From a virus: DNA of 54,609 nucleotides. The translations under genes and the position numbers were made by a program. Each line of letters begins with the position of its first letter. Position 1 is the stretch's first letter. This document shows positions 1 through 10,318 of the stretch, in pieces. The notes below the pieces were generated by a model that made no database searches, was not told where the DNA came from, and saw only the letters and a list, made by a program, of their open reading frames with translations. The stretch is taken from positions 1 to 54,609 of the IMG/VR virus record IMGVR_UViG_3300031987_000009; one strand, written 5' to 3'.

Positions 1-55
1 TAATGGAGTTTAAACTGAAGGTGTAAATATGTATGACAATAATATTTTTTATATT
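1..55. repeat. 55-bp direct terminal repeat, copy 1 (circular assembly overlap)
   Basis: Bases 1-55 are identical to 54555-54609; ORF 29..358 restarts at the right end. Confidence 0.95.
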
Positions 56-358
56 AGAAGTGGTGGGACATTACCCTTAATTAGAGCGACTATAATAGAT
101 AATGAAAATGAAATAGTCGATTTAACAAACGTATCATCTGTTAAATTCACGATGTTCAATAATGACGGTAAGAAAATAGATGAATCTGACGGAGAAGTAT
201 ATGATTCTGAAAATGGTCAAGTAACATATCAAATGTCAACGGCTGATACCGATACGGTTGGGGCGTATAATGCATACTTCAAGTTGGTTTTTCAAACAGG
301 TGATATAATGTATGCACCAGCCGTAGATACATTTGATGTTGAAATAGTTAGGACATGA
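29..358 (+). CDS. BppU N-terminal-like / Ig-like virion baseplate-associated protein
   Basis: 109 aa; IRSGGTLPLIRATI...DLTN...GQVTYQMSTADTDTVGAYNAYFKLVF pattern typical of BppU_N-like domains; GGTG RBS. Confidence 0.55.
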   Translation: MYDNNIFYIRSGGTLPLIRATIIDNENEIVDLTNVSSVKFTMFNNDGKKIDESDGEVYDSENGQVTYQMSTADTDTVGAYNAYFKLVFQTGDIMYAPAVDTFDVEIVRT

Positions 359-410
359 TTCATCCGACATATTTATATATAATAAAAGACGTTTATTAAT
401 CGGTGATTTT

Positions 411-1187
411 TTGAGTAAACGAATATTAGTCATAGGTGATACTCATGTTGGTGACATACATTCAATAATGCCACCTAATGTAAAATTGTATTCAGAAGAA
501 AACGGTACACGTACGGTTGTTCAACAGAATGACATACAAAAGTTCTTTTATTCTAAATGGCTTGAAATGTGTAACGAAGGACATTTCGATGCTGTCATAT
601 GTCTCGGTGACATGTGTGATGGTTCTAACTACAAAGATAATGGTAGGGAATCATGGACAACCGATTTGGATGTACAAACGGATGTTGCAGCAGAACTATT
701 GAACATGATTGATACTGACAAGTTCTTTAATGTTTATGGTTCACCGTATCATAACGGTAAAGATTATATGTGTGACAAAACTGTAATGGATAAAGTCGGT
801 GGTAATTTTAATGTCACACAAACTCTAAATATAGAAGACCTACGTTTCTACTGCAAACATACTGTCGGTGTATCTAAACGTTTGAATACACGTGGCAGTA
901 GTTTCGGTGGAGATATAGTTAACATGATTGCAGATGAGGAATCATTCGGTAAGATAGATGTTCAGTTACGTGGTCATGCACATTATTTTTATTATCAAGA
1001 AATTGATGGTGTTCTTGGTATGGTAGCACCATGTTGGAAGTCAAGAGATTCATTTTTAAAACGTGGTGACTCAATAGTAAACGATTGTGGATACATAATT
1101 TTCAATGTAGAAGATGACAATTATAGTTTTGAGAAACATCTATTCAGAGTACCACAAGAAATAGCATTTAGAGGTACAACAGTATGA
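411..1187 (+). CDS. Calcineurin-like metallophosphoesterase
   Basis: VIGDTHVG, LGDMCDG, GSPYH and RGHAH metal-binding motifs; TTG start after GGTGA. Confidence 0.85.
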   Translation: MSKRILVIGDTHVGDIHSIMPPNVKLYSEENGTRTVVQQNDIQKFFYSKWLEMCNEGHFDAVICLGDMCDGSNYKDNGRESWTTDLDVQTDVAAELLNMIDTDKFFNVYGSPYHNGKDYMCDKTVMDKVGGNFNVTQTLNIEDLRFYCKHTVGVSKRLNTRGSSFGGDIVNMIADEESFGKIDVQLRGHAHYFYYQEIDGVLGMVAPCWKSRDSFLKRGDSIVNDCGYIIFNVEDDNYSFEKHLFRVPQEIAFRGTTV

Positions 1188-1435
1188 ATGATGCGGATAA
1201 TATATTTTTAAGAGAAAAAATAGCAACCATTGAAACAGATGTAAAATATCTTAGACAGTCATTTGAACGATACGAAGATAAACGTAGTCATGAATGTGAC
1301 GTATGTAAAGAAGAAATATGGGATAAACTAAGTTGGCTTGAATGCAACCAATACAAAGCGATTGGTGCGATTGGTCTAATTCAATTTATTATACTCATAG
1401 TTGGACAGGTTCTAATAACAAACTTTTTATTGTGA
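1184..1435 (+). CDS. Small protein with coiled coil and C-terminal transmembrane helix (XhlA/holin-like)
   Basis: 83 aa; hydrophobic C-terminus AIGAIGLIQFIILIVGQVLI; ATGA overlap with the upstream gene. Confidence 0.5.
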   Translation: MNDADNIFLREKIATIETDVKYLRQSFERYEDKRSHECDVCKEEIWDKLSWLECNQYKAIGAIGLIQFIILIVGQVLITNFLL

Positions 1436-1439
1436 TGAC

Positions 1440-2987
1440 ATGGATGAAGCCATTGAATGTTTCATGAATGATGTTGACTTGTCTAAAAGTCAGATAGCAG
1501 AACGTTGGAGTAATCCATTTAATATAGTTACTGACATATTCCAATACAGAGATTTAAATGGACAACTTGTTAGTTACACACCTTACGATTACTCTGTTGA
1601 TTTCATGGACTATGGTTTCAGAAATATGGATACAGATAGATGTGTGCTTAAGTCCAGACAGATTGGATTCAGTACGACTGCTGAAATGGAAGCAGTTATT
1701 CTATCAATGACACTTGAAGATACAGAGATACCATTCGTTTCTAACCAGTACAGAAACGCACAGAAACTCGTAGAAGCGTGTGGTAAGATTATACAGAACG
1801 CTAAGTATCCGTTACCATTCAAAGACCGTGATATACAGAAACAGAGAATCACAAGCGAACTTGGAACTACGATAATACCATATTCATCTAAACCTTCATC
1901 TATACGTGGTGACGCTGCTGCAAGAGTTTATCTTGACGAATTTGCTTTCGTACCTAATCAGCAAGAAACGTTAGATGCTGTTGAACCAAAGTTATCAAGA
2001 GGTGGTTCAATCACTATGATGAGTACACCACTACGTGCAGATGACTTGTTCATGAAAACATTTGATGACATGAAAGAAGGTAAGATAGAAGGTAAGACTT
2101 GGTATCTACCATTGTATGATGAGAACGAAATTGATGTAAACAAACCATTGACTGCACAAGATGTAACGCCTATATGCCCAGATTTGGATATACGTAGACC
2201 TGAGAACGTACGTGCTAAGAGTATTGATAGGTTCTTACAGGAATACATGTGTCAACCAATCGATGAGATTAACGCATATTATCCATATGAACTAATACTT
2301 GAGACTACTAAGTTTGAACCAAACGACAGTACAAGTCAGGGTTATACAGTAATGGGATTAGACCATGCATTGATTAAAGATGAAACGGTATTCGTTATCA
2401 ATAACATAATAGATGGTACACGTAACAATATTGTTTATGTTGAGAGTACACAAGCAGATTATTATGAACAGTTACGTAGAGCAAAACAACTATACAAAAA
2501 TTTTAATGTTGATAAGATACGTGCAGATGCTACTTCTGAAATGGGTGCACAAGTTGAACGTGACTTGCGTAACATATTTGGCAATATCGTTGATGGTGTT
2601 AAGTACACAAATATGATTAAGAATGATATGGCTATGCGTTTAAAGTACTTAATGCAGAATACACATAATGGGTTTACACCAGATATACGTATGGTAGATG
2701 ACGCTGATTTAATTAGTCAGATACATAACATACAGGTTGAGGTAACACAGGCAGGTGTAACCAAATACAGTGGTAAGCATGGCGGTGGTTTAGATGATAT
2801 GGTTAATGCATTATGGTTAAGCATACCACCGGAAATAATTGAACGTATGGATAAACCAGTTATAACAAAAGCAGAACATGCACCTAAACGTAAAAGTAAA
2901 CCAGAGAGTAAACAAAAGGTTGGCTTTGCTATATCAAAATCATCCGGTAGAAAACTTAAGTCCAGACAGCAGAGAGGTACACTATGA
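1440..2987 (+). CDS. terL: Terminase large subunit
   Basis: Walker A LKSRQIGFS, Walker B RVYLDEFAF, nuclease MGLDH and DDMVNAL; directly upstream of portal. Confidence 0.93.
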   Translation: MDEAIECFMNDVDLSKSQIAERWSNPFNIVTDIFQYRDLNGQLVSYTPYDYSVDFMDYGFRNMDTDRCVLKSRQIGFSTTAEMEAVILSMTLEDTEIPFVSNQYRNAQKLVEACGKIIQNAKYPLPFKDRDIQKQRITSELGTTIIPYSSKPSSIRGDAAARVYLDEFAFVPNQQETLDAVEPKLSRGGSITMMSTPLRADDLFMKTFDDMKEGKIEGKTWYLPLYDENEIDVNKPLTAQDVTPICPDLDIRRPENVRAKSIDRFLQEYMCQPIDEINAYYPYELILETTKFEPNDSTSQGYTVMGLDHALIKDETVFVINNIIDGTRNNIVYVESTQADYYEQLRRAKQLYKNFNVDKIRADATSEMGAQVERDLRNIFGNIVDGVKYTNMIKNDMAMRLKYLMQNTHNGFTPDIRMVDDADLISQIHNIQVEVTQAGVTKYSGKHGGGLDDMVNALWLSIPPEIIERMDKPVITKAEHAPKRKSKPESKQKVGFAISKSSGRKLKSRQQRGTL

Positions 2988-4285
2988 ATATTAAAGATTT
3001 CATCTTAAACTTAGCAGAAGATACTAAAGATAATACAATCGCTAAATTATCTGCAAGAGTACGTAGAAGTAAAGGTACTGAGAGAGAACGACCTAACCGT
3101 AACAGTACATTATATTGGGATATATACAGAACAGATGCTTTAGCAGGTGCAGGCATAGATTATACTATCAATTTCGTATGTGGTGCAGGTTTCGATGTAC
3201 GTATCTTAGATGACGAAGGTAACGAACAAGACTTGCCTTGGTTTGACAAGATGTTACGTAACAGTAAACCTAAACAGAAAACGATAGAGTTTCTAAAGGA
3301 TGGTTTGATTGAAGGTGACGGTTACATGTACTTACAGGAATCAGAGACAGCCGATGATTGGTACGCTGGTTTCGATGTAATACCTGCTACACAAGTACGT
3401 ATTGAACGGGATGAGTTTAATAATATAAAACAATTTGTACAAGAGGTAGGTCAGGGTGAAGATGATTACCCAACGTTTGAACCTAACAGAGTTGCACATT
3501 ATCGTAACAGACCGATAAGTGGTGAAGCATACGGTAGAAGTGATATTGAACCAATCGTTGAAGCATCTGAAATACTTAGAGACATGCAGATAGATTTGGC
3601 TAACTTCATTAGTACTAAGGCATATCCACCTATACTTTGGAAACTTGGTAACTCTGAACAACCTTGGGGTGCTAACTTAGTCGAAGAATGGGCTAAGACA
3701 AGAGAAGAAATCGAACCCGGTGACCAAATCAGTGTACAAGGTGATGTAAGTTATGAAGCGGTTGGTGTAAGCAGTGAAACGCTTGATGTACAACCGTACC
3801 TATTATTCTTCGCTTCCCTCGTTGTGTCTGGACTAAGAGTGCCTGCTGCTTTAACATCACTAATTAAAGATATGGGTCAGTTTACTGCTGATAGTCAAGC
3901 GAATGCTTACGCAAGACGTATCAATGATTTGAGACAACAGTTAGCAGAGATTTTAGAAGTCGATGTATTCAATAGAATACTTAGACAGAATAACGCTGGA
4001 CAATATCATGCAGAAGTTGTATGGAGAAAGCATGACGATGAAGCAGAACGTATGGCTGTAAACAACGTTGTACAGTTAGTACAGAATGGTATCATTAGCG
4101 ATACTGAAGCACGTGAATCTGTTGGTTATCCACAGGTAGTCAAAGGTGAACTAAAGAAGCCTGTTGACAAACCAGAGAATGTTGAACCAGCGATACCAAA
4201 CGAATCTAATCAAAACACATCTGATGATGTTACTGAAGATAATCGTACAGGTTCTAAACGTATGGAAGCAACAGATGAAACATAA
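2984..4285 (+). CDS. Portal protein
   Basis: 433 aa after terL; LIEGDGY, VAHYRNRPISGEAYGRSDIEP and GLRVPAAL features typical of portals. Confidence 0.88.
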   Translation: MNIKDFILNLAEDTKDNTIAKLSARVRRSKGTERERPNRNSTLYWDIYRTDALAGAGIDYTINFVCGAGFDVRILDDEGNEQDLPWFDKMLRNSKPKQKTIEFLKDGLIEGDGYMYLQESETADDWYAGFDVIPATQVRIERDEFNNIKQFVQEVGQGEDDYPTFEPNRVAHYRNRPISGEAYGRSDIEPIVEASEILRDMQIDLANFISTKAYPPILWKLGNSEQPWGANLVEEWAKTREEIEPGDQISVQGDVSYEAVGVSSETLDVQPYLLFFASLVVSGLRVPAALTSLIKDMGQFTADSQANAYARRINDLRQQLAEILEVDVFNRILRQNNAGQYHAEVVWRKHDDEAERMAVNNVVQLVQNGIISDTEARESVGYPQVVKGELKKPVDKPENVEPAIPNESNQNTSDDVTEDNRTGSKRMEATDET

Positions 4286-4288
4286 TAA

Positions 4289-4304
4289 CCGAAACCTTTA
4301 TATA
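4289..4304 (+). promoter_or_regulatory. Archaeal BRE-TATA promoter (CCGAAACC TTTATATA)
   Basis: BRE-like CCGAAA followed by TTTATATA about 30 bp upstream of the head operon; similar to 49463-49478. Confidence 0.7.
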
Positions 4305-4335
4305 GTATAAAAAACATATAGGAGTATGTATAATT

Positions 4336-4554
4336 ATGGCAGAATTTCAACCATGTAGATGTCTTATATATGATTGTTCTACGAGAGCAAATCTTATAGC
4401 AGGACACTACTATTGCCATAGTCTGTGGAACAAGATGAAAAGTAATCCAAACGCATACTATAAGTATACAAAGACAGAAGTACGTGCAGAACATGCACGT
4501 ATCGTAAAGTGTCTTAAGAAGAATGGCTATGAACACGATTCTCCACTGGACTGA
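4336..4554 (+). CDS. Small Cys/His-rich hypothetical protein
   Basis: 72 aa with CxC, C, HxxCH; GGAG RBS. Confidence 0.6.
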   Translation: MAEFQPCRCLIYDCSTRANLIAGHYYCHSLWNKMKSNPNAYYKYTKTEVRAEHARIVKCLKKNGYEHDSPLD

Positions 4555-4560
4555 TACATT

Positions 4561-5415
4561 ATGGGTATGCAAATAAGCGGTATAGCAACTGTACCCACTA
4601 CATATTACTCAAACAGTGGTAAAGCAGTAGAGATTAGACCAGAGGATATACAAAGTGCTATTAACAATAGTGCTAACGTAAACTTCCAGATTGGTCATGA
4701 CGAACTTGCTGAACCAGTAGGTGAAGCATTTGCTTTACGTATGAACAGTAAAGGTGGTATGTACTACGGTGCAAGTATAGACAATGAATATACTGAAAAT
4801 ATGATACAATCTATTTTTGACGATGGTAAGATACCCAATGTATCAGTCAATTTAGTACCAACTGAAGATGCTACAATCGAAGTTACAGCAACAGAAGATG
4901 GTACTGAAAAATACACTGCTGACAGTTGGAGACTTGGGCATATAGGTATCGTTGATTCAGGTAGATGCAAACCAGAACAGGGATGCGGTATTTTCGATTA
5001 TCAAATATTAAATTCATCTAAAGGTGATGTAATGACAGACAACAACGATGTAGGTAAAGAAGAACTGGCACTTGAACTGAGTGAACTTAAGGACACCATT
5101 TCTAAGAAGGATGAAAAAATATCCAAACTTGAATCTGGTGTCAAAGACCTTGAGTTAGCACTCAGTGAAGCCGAAGATACAATTAAGCAGTTTAAGGAAC
5201 AGCAACTTGAAGAAAAGAGAAATGCTATCCTGAAACTCGATGACAGTATCGAAGCAGACGAACTCAAAGAGGTTAAAGACCCTAAAGCACTTGAACTTAT
5301 GTTATCTGGACTTCGTGACAGAACTTCACGTAAACACAGAGCACAAGAAGAAGACAAAGAAAATGACATTAACGATGTACTTGCTGACTTTAAGAAGGCA
5401 GTGTATGGTGCATAA
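4561..5415 (+). CDS. Prohead protease / scaffolding fusion
   Basis: N-terminal protease-like domain (IGHD, VSVN, LGHIGIVDSGRC) plus charged coiled-coil C-terminus; lies between portal and capsid. Confidence 0.75.
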   Translation: MGMQISGIATVPTTYYSNSGKAVEIRPEDIQSAINNSANVNFQIGHDELAEPVGEAFALRMNSKGGMYYGASIDNEYTENMIQSIFDDGKIPNVSVNLVPTEDATIEVTATEDGTEKYTADSWRLGHIGIVDSGRCKPEQGCGIFDYQILNSSKGDVMTDNNDVGKEELALELSELKDTISKKDEKISKLESGVKDLELALSEAEDTIKQFKEQQLEEKRNAILKLDDSIEADELKEVKDPKALELMLSGLRDRTSRKHRAQEEDKENDINDVLADFKKAVYGA

Positions 5416-5438
5416 ATATTTTAAGAGAGTGATAAACA

Positions 5439-6086
5439 ATGACTGACAACACATCTGATTATGCTGGTAATTATGGTAGAGGCATAGTTATTACATGTAT
5501 TTTAAACGAAGGTGCACCTACTGTAACTGGTAGGACTTATGACGAACTTGGTGAGAACGCTAAAGGCATCGTATATGCATCTGAACTTACTGAAAACGAT
5601 TTCGTAGCCATTACTAATGACAGTGACGTAACTTTCGATGACTGTGATGGTGTACCAGTTGTAGAGAAACCATCTAACGGTGAACAACTCGTTGTAGGTA
5701 AAATCGTAGGTACTCCACGTATTGTTAAGACACCACCTAACAGTGCAGCAGCAGACACTTTATCTGAACGTATCTCTGGTGGATATTACAGGATTGCTAA
5801 CGTTGAACTGATGGCTGGAATCACATCCATACAGAAAGCAACTGTTATGTGTGATGGTTCTAACGCTACTGTACCCGGTGTTGGCACTACACTCAAACTT
5901 AACATCACATCTGAATTTGACTCTGATAGATTCGATGATGGTAACAACACAATGCAGTTAGATACTGCTGCAAGTGGTGGTACTGGTCTTATACCATTCC
6001 ATTACGTACCAGCAGGTACAGACGGTGACACCTATTCATGTCTCGTTGGTGTAACTGGACTTATTACAGCCGTAACAGGGGCATAA
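5439..6086 (+). CDS. Capsid decoration / minor capsid protein
   Basis: 215 aa, Gly/Thr-rich, immediately before the MCP. Confidence 0.55.
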   Translation: MTDNTSDYAGNYGRGIVITCILNEGAPTVTGRTYDELGENAKGIVYASELTENDFVAITNDSDVTFDDCDGVPVVEKPSNGEQLVVGKIVGTPRIVKTPPNSAAADTLSERISGGYYRIANVELMAGITSIQKATVMCDGSNATVPGVGTTLKLNITSEFDSDRFDDGNNTMQLDTAASGGTGLIPFHYVPAGTDGDTYSCLVGVTGLITAVTGA

Positions 6087-6109
6087 TCAAATAACGGAGA
6101 TTGATAATT

Positions 6110-7075
6110 ATGGTATCTGGAACTAATGAGAGATTTTTACAGCCTGACGTAGCGATAACAACCGCTTATCAGAAGATGGAACCGTACCTTGTATGGTTAG
6201 ATTATGTCGACCCTATGATGGAAGAAAGTAACGCTTTCCTCTATCGTTATGACGACAGTAACAAGTCTGAAGACCCAATGAAAGAAACCGCACCACTTCA
6301 CCTGCTTGGGGGTCAGTTCCCTGAACTTGACATGACCAGAGGTAATGTAACTAGTGCTGCAATCAAAGCAAAGGGATTCAGTATAAGGCTTCCACGTGAC
6401 TTACTTAAAGGTAGCAACTCTGCTGCTGAAATGATGAGGGCATACAATACAGCAGGTTTCTGGTTGGCTGAACTTATCAACACTGACATCATTACCGATA
6501 TGAAATCTGGTGCAAATACTTCTACAAGTAATTTCAGTCCAGATGTAACTTGGGATGATGCAACTGCTACACCTGTCGCTGACCTTCGTGACTTTGCAAG
6601 GGATATGATTACACCCGGTTACCCATACCGTATGACTGACATCTTTGCAGAGGAACAGAACTGGTATGAACTCATTGATTATCTTTCTGATATAGATGTC
6701 AATGAATACAAACAGAAGAACATGTTTGGTGTACCAACTGTACGTACAGACATGGTAGATGTACCGCTTGCAGGACAGGTACATATGCTCATGAGTGGTA
6801 TTGACGAAGGTGAACTTATCGGTATTGACGGTAGGAATCCAGTAGCAGAAATGCACTACTACAACGACCCACAGTACTCTGTACCACAGATTACTTACAA
6901 TACTGTCGATAGTGCATCTGGTCAGGAACGTAGTGTCACTGTACCTAACTATGGTATTAACTTCGACCAGTACGTTGAACCAGACACTAAAGACACTATT
7001 GTACAGTTCTGGACTGAGAATAAGACTGTCGTTACACATTCCAAAGGAATCCTTTACAGTTCAAGTGGTATCTAA
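6110..7075 (+). CDS. Major capsid protein (HK97-like)
   Basis: About 321 aa, clean codon usage, synteny after scaffold and decoration; followed by an oligo-T tract at 7088-7097. Confidence 0.8.
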   Translation: MVSGTNERFLQPDVAITTAYQKMEPYLVWLDYVDPMMEESNAFLYRYDDSNKSEDPMKETAPLHLLGGQFPELDMTRGNVTSAAIKAKGFSIRLPRDLLKGSNSAAEMMRAYNTAGFWLAELINTDIITDMKSGANTSTSNFSPDVTWDDATATPVADLRDFARDMITPGYPYRMTDIFAEEQNWYELIDYLSDIDVNEYKQKNMFGVPTVRTDMVDVPLAGQVHMLMSGIDEGELIGIDGRNPVAEMHYYNDPQYSVPQITYNTVDSASGQERSVTVPNYGINFDQYVEPDTKDTIVQFWTENKTVVTHSKGILYSSSGI

Positions 7076-7138
7076 ACCACCTGAACTATTTTTTTATTTA
7101 TGGACTTAACCAGTACATAACATCAGGAGTTAATATTT

Positions 7139-7642
7139 ATGACTTATACAGCAACAACTGCACAGGAATTTAGACGTAAGAAAGGCACGATGTCACAGAA
7201 GTTAGCAGACGAATTTACGGATATAGATACTGAAATAGATAAAATAAAATCTAAATTTGTTATGCTTACATCATCTGATATAACCGAAGCAACTACTGGA
7301 ATTGATTTAGCAAGTGGTTCTGATATTACACAATATGGTGTATTCGTAGCACCTGTTGACATAACTGTTGTTTCAATGAAAGATTATCTTACAGAAGCAT
7401 ATGTAAAAGATACAGTCGATGCTAAAATAGAAATATACGATGATGCAGTCACACCTAACAAAATCTTTGGTAGAACTTTGGATGGAACAGGTGAAGATGC
7501 TGCAACATTTACTTCTACTAATCCAGAAACAGACGAAGAAAACATAACAGCAGGCACAAGATTAGACCTTAAAGCCGTTAACACTGCATCAAGTTCTGGT
7601 ACTGGACATGCAATTGTTATGATTGAATATATCGAACAATGA
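7139..7642 (+). CDS. Virion structural protein (head decoration-like)
   Basis: 167 aa beta-rich acidic protein after MCP; GGAG RBS. Confidence 0.5.
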   Translation: MTYTATTAQEFRRKKGTMSQKLADEFTDIDTEIDKIKSKFVMLTSSDITEATTGIDLASGSDITQYGVFVAPVDITVVSMKDYLTEAYVKDTVDAKIEIYDDAVTPNKIFGRTLDGTGEDAATFTSTNPETDEENITAGTRLDLKAVNTASSSGTGHAIVMIEYIEQ

Positions 7643-7652
7643 TGTGGTCATA

Positions 7653-8343
7653 ATGACTAATTATGATGTAACGATTTATAATAGTCTTTATGAAGCAGAA
7701 CAAGCACTTGAAGGTATAGACAATGCGATAAACATTGTCGCAATACCTTTTAAAGACGGTGTGCTTACTAAAATACTACTTCTAACAGGCATAGGTGAAC
7801 AATTAGAACAAACTATAAGTGATTTAACAGTTGAAATAACAGCAACATCTGTAACTGAAGGTGCATCAATAAAAATACAGGGTACATCTGATAATGTCAA
7901 TTATGGTGATTTACACAGTTTGAACTTGCTGAATTGTATGTCCATGCTAACACAACATCTACCAGTATACCAAGTCAAAACACATGGGTAACAGTTGAAA
8001 ACTTACTTGAAGGCAACGGTAGAACACTGGAATATCATAATGATAACGGTGATACATATATAAAAATACCATCGAACCATGCAGGAAATATTGGATTACA
8101 TGGACTACTACGATAACTGGAAATCCAGTTGATATATTTGAATACGGTATATTTATAAATGAAAATATAGTTAATAAAAGTATATCACGTAATAACCAAG
8201 GTTTCGCTGGATACGGTAACTTGTCTGGTACTTCTATATTAGATTTAAGTGACGGTGATGAAATTAGGTGTGCTATACGTAACATAGAAACAGATGGTGA
8301 CATAACTATATATAATTGTAACGTTGCTATTGTACGCATATAA
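7653..8343 (+). pseudogene. Frameshifted C1q/BclA-C-like virion protein (two single-base deficits)
   Basis: Three overlapping reading segments join if one T (~7910-7912) and one A (~8086-8088) are added, giving ...YGDFTQFELAELYVHAN...HAGKYWITWTT...GTSILDLSDGDEIRCAI...VAIVRI-stop. Confidence 0.65.
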
Positions 8344-8351
8344 GCACACAG

Positions 8352-8426
8352 AGAGCCATACAGAGGACTTTAGACGTTAACGAATGCCATAGTACCTATT
8401 TCAAAATAAAACTTCTGTATGGCTCT
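8352..8426. repeat. Palindromic intergenic element, copy A
   Basis: 13-bp inverted repeat AGAGCCATACAGA / TCTGTATGGCTCT enclosing GAGGACTTTA...ATAGTACCTAT; related to 18816-18911 and 38951-39030. Confidence 0.7.
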
Positions 8427-8464
8427 TATTTTGGCTTTAATAGATTATTTGTCCAGACAGATGA

Positions 8465-8480
8465 GCGATAAGTTTATATA
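8465..8480 (+). promoter_or_regulatory. Archaeal BRE-TATA promoter of tail operon (GCGATAAG TTTATATA)
   Basis: Identical 16-mer found on the minus strand near 18746-18761; 25 bp upstream of the 8506 ATG. Confidence 0.7.
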
Positions 8481-8505
8481 ACATTAGAAACATAAGGTAG
8501 TATAT

Positions 8506-8973
8506 ATGTATTGCGATATAGATGATGTAAGACTGATGTTACCCGAAGTAACAGCAGATATACTACGTGATAGCACCATCATCTATTTCATCGAAGATGC
8601 ACAGGAACGTATTGATGTTAGGTTACGTGGAGTGTACGATGTACCATTCACGACTGCACCTGCACACATACAAAATCTTTGTGCATTGTATGCATCATAC
8701 TTAACGTTGCGTGTATATCCAGACCAAACGGTAGAGGATGATTTAGAAAGACTTTGGGATGATATAGATACACTGTTATCTAATCTAACAAATGGTAAGG
8801 ATGACTTAGGTGACAGTTATAAAGTTTCTGATAGTCTGTCTGAACCAATGTTTGTCATAACTAAATCTAAGAGATACCGTAAAAGTGATGTATATGACAC
8901 ACGTAATGAACTAATTATATCTAACGAATCTGAAGATGTATTGCTTGATACAGAAACAATAGTTAAGAAGTGA
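8506..8973 (+). CDS. Head-tail adaptor (gp15/gp36-like)
   Basis: MYCDIDDVR...IEDAQERIDVRLRGVYDVPF...LCALYA pattern. Confidence 0.75.
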   Translation: MYCDIDDVRLMLPEVTADILRDSTIIYFIEDAQERIDVRLRGVYDVPFTTAPAHIQNLCALYASYLTLRVYPDQTVEDDLERLWDDIDTLLSNLTNGKDDLGDSYKVSDSLSEPMFVITKSKRYRKSDVYDTRNELIISNESEDVLLDTETIVKK

Positions 8974-8979
8974 TTGTAA

Positions 8980-9420
8980 ATGGCTAATATAGATTTAAGT
9001 TCATTTGAAGATAATCTAAAAAATATTTTACAGTCTAACTCAACTATTGTAAACAATACTACAAGGATAAATACTGGTATGTTTGATATTGGTTCAGTTA
9101 GAGGTATACAACTATATGTCAAAGCAGAACCATATCAGAATAGTACAGAAAGCAGGTTATTAAATGCACGTAGATATGAGATACCTGTTAATGTACATAT
9201 GGTATGTCGTAGTAGAACGTTAAGCAATCTACATTCAGACATACGTGATTTGTACCCTGAGATTGAAGAAACAATCCAGAAAAACAATAGATTAAACGGT
9301 ATCAGCAATGGTATAATTAGTTATGATGTAGAACCATATGAGATAGATGATGAGAACGGTAATCCAGAAGCATACATACTAACAATAACGGTATTGTATG
9401 ATTTCATATTAACATTATAA
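8980..9420 (+). CDS. Tail terminator / neck protein
   Basis: 146 aa directly upstream of the tail tube gene; synteny. Confidence 0.55.
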   Translation: MANIDLSSFEDNLKNILQSNSTIVNNTTRINTGMFDIGSVRGIQLYVKAEPYQNSTESRLLNARRYEIPVNVHMVCRSRTLSNLHSDIRDLYPEIEETIQKNNRLNGISNGIISYDVEPYEIDDENGNPEAYILTITVLYDFILTL

Positions 9421-9437
9421 TAAAGAGGTAATTACAA

Positions 9438-9980
9438 ATGGCAGCAACAACTAAAGAGACATATCGTGGCAGTGAATGTAAAGTTGAGATATTCATTGAC
9501 CAAGATGACCCCGGTGCAGCACCCGGTAGTTCATTAACTGCTTGGACTGATGCTATAACTGCTGGTGGTGTACATGAAGTATTCGTGGCACAATCAGTAG
9601 AAGCAAACGCAAGTACAGAAGTAACCAGAATTAATGGTATGAACCAGCGTAGACCATATGGTACTAAAGAAGGTAATATAGACTACACATGGAGTTTAGA
9701 TACCCTGTATACTATCGATACTTATGATGACGATGGTGTAACTGCAACATCTTATGATATACTTGAATTAATTGATAAAGATGGTGAAGGTTCTAAGTTC
9801 GCTATGCTCATAACTATGCAGGATGCTTCGGGTGATAGTTCAGGTGCATCAGCAGTTAAGTATATTGAGTTAACTGGATGTAATACTGAGGAAAGTAATT
9901 TCAGCGTTGGTACTGACAGTGATGCAGGTGTATCGTTGTCTGGTGCAGCAGAAGACAGAAATATATTGACACCAGCATAA
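9438..9980 (+). CDS. Major tail tube protein
   Basis: 180 aa acidic beta-rich; KEGNIDYTWSLD and ELTGC...VSLSGAAED; followed by chaperones and tape measure. Confidence 0.75.
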   Translation: MAATTKETYRGSECKVEIFIDQDDPGAAPGSSLTAWTDAITAGGVHEVFVAQSVEANASTEVTRINGMNQRRPYGTKEGNIDYTWSLDTLYTIDTYDDDGVTATSYDILELIDKDGEGSKFAMLITMQDASGDSSGASAVKYIELTGCNTEESNFSVGTDSDAGVSLSGAAEDRNILTPA

Positions 9981-9995
9981 TCGTAAGGTGATAAA

Positions 9996-10310
9996 ATGGG
10001 AGAAGGCATATTTAGTAAACTTGCGACTACAAAGAAATTTACATATGATGATATTAATGGTATTGCACCAATATCATTCACTTACAAACTTTTGAGTGTC
10101 CAAGACCAGATAGACGCACAGAACTACGAACCTAAAGAAGATGCTGTGCTTTATTTAATCTACATTAGTATTAAAGATAACATCGATGAAGACGTAACTA
10201 TCGATGATATTCGTGATATACCAGCATGTTTAGTCGAAGCAATGTTCACGGATATTCTTGAGTTTAATAACATCGATGTAGAGAAAATAAAAGAAAGTGT
10301 TGAACAGTAA
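9996..10310 (+). CDS. Tail assembly chaperone 1
   Basis: 104 aa between tail tube and tape measure; AGGTGAT RBS. Confidence 0.65.
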   Translation: MGEGIFSKLATTKKFTYDDINGIAPISFTYKLLSVQDQIDAQNYEPKEDAVLYLIYISIKDNIDEDVTIDDIRDIPACLVEAMFTDILEFNNIDVEKIKESVEQ

Positions 10311-10318
10311 GGATAATT

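Noticed and set aside
1-55. 55-bp repeat as a biological terminal repeat
   Set aside because: Length equals a common assembler k-mer and it cuts through coding sequence; most likely a circular-assembly overlap.
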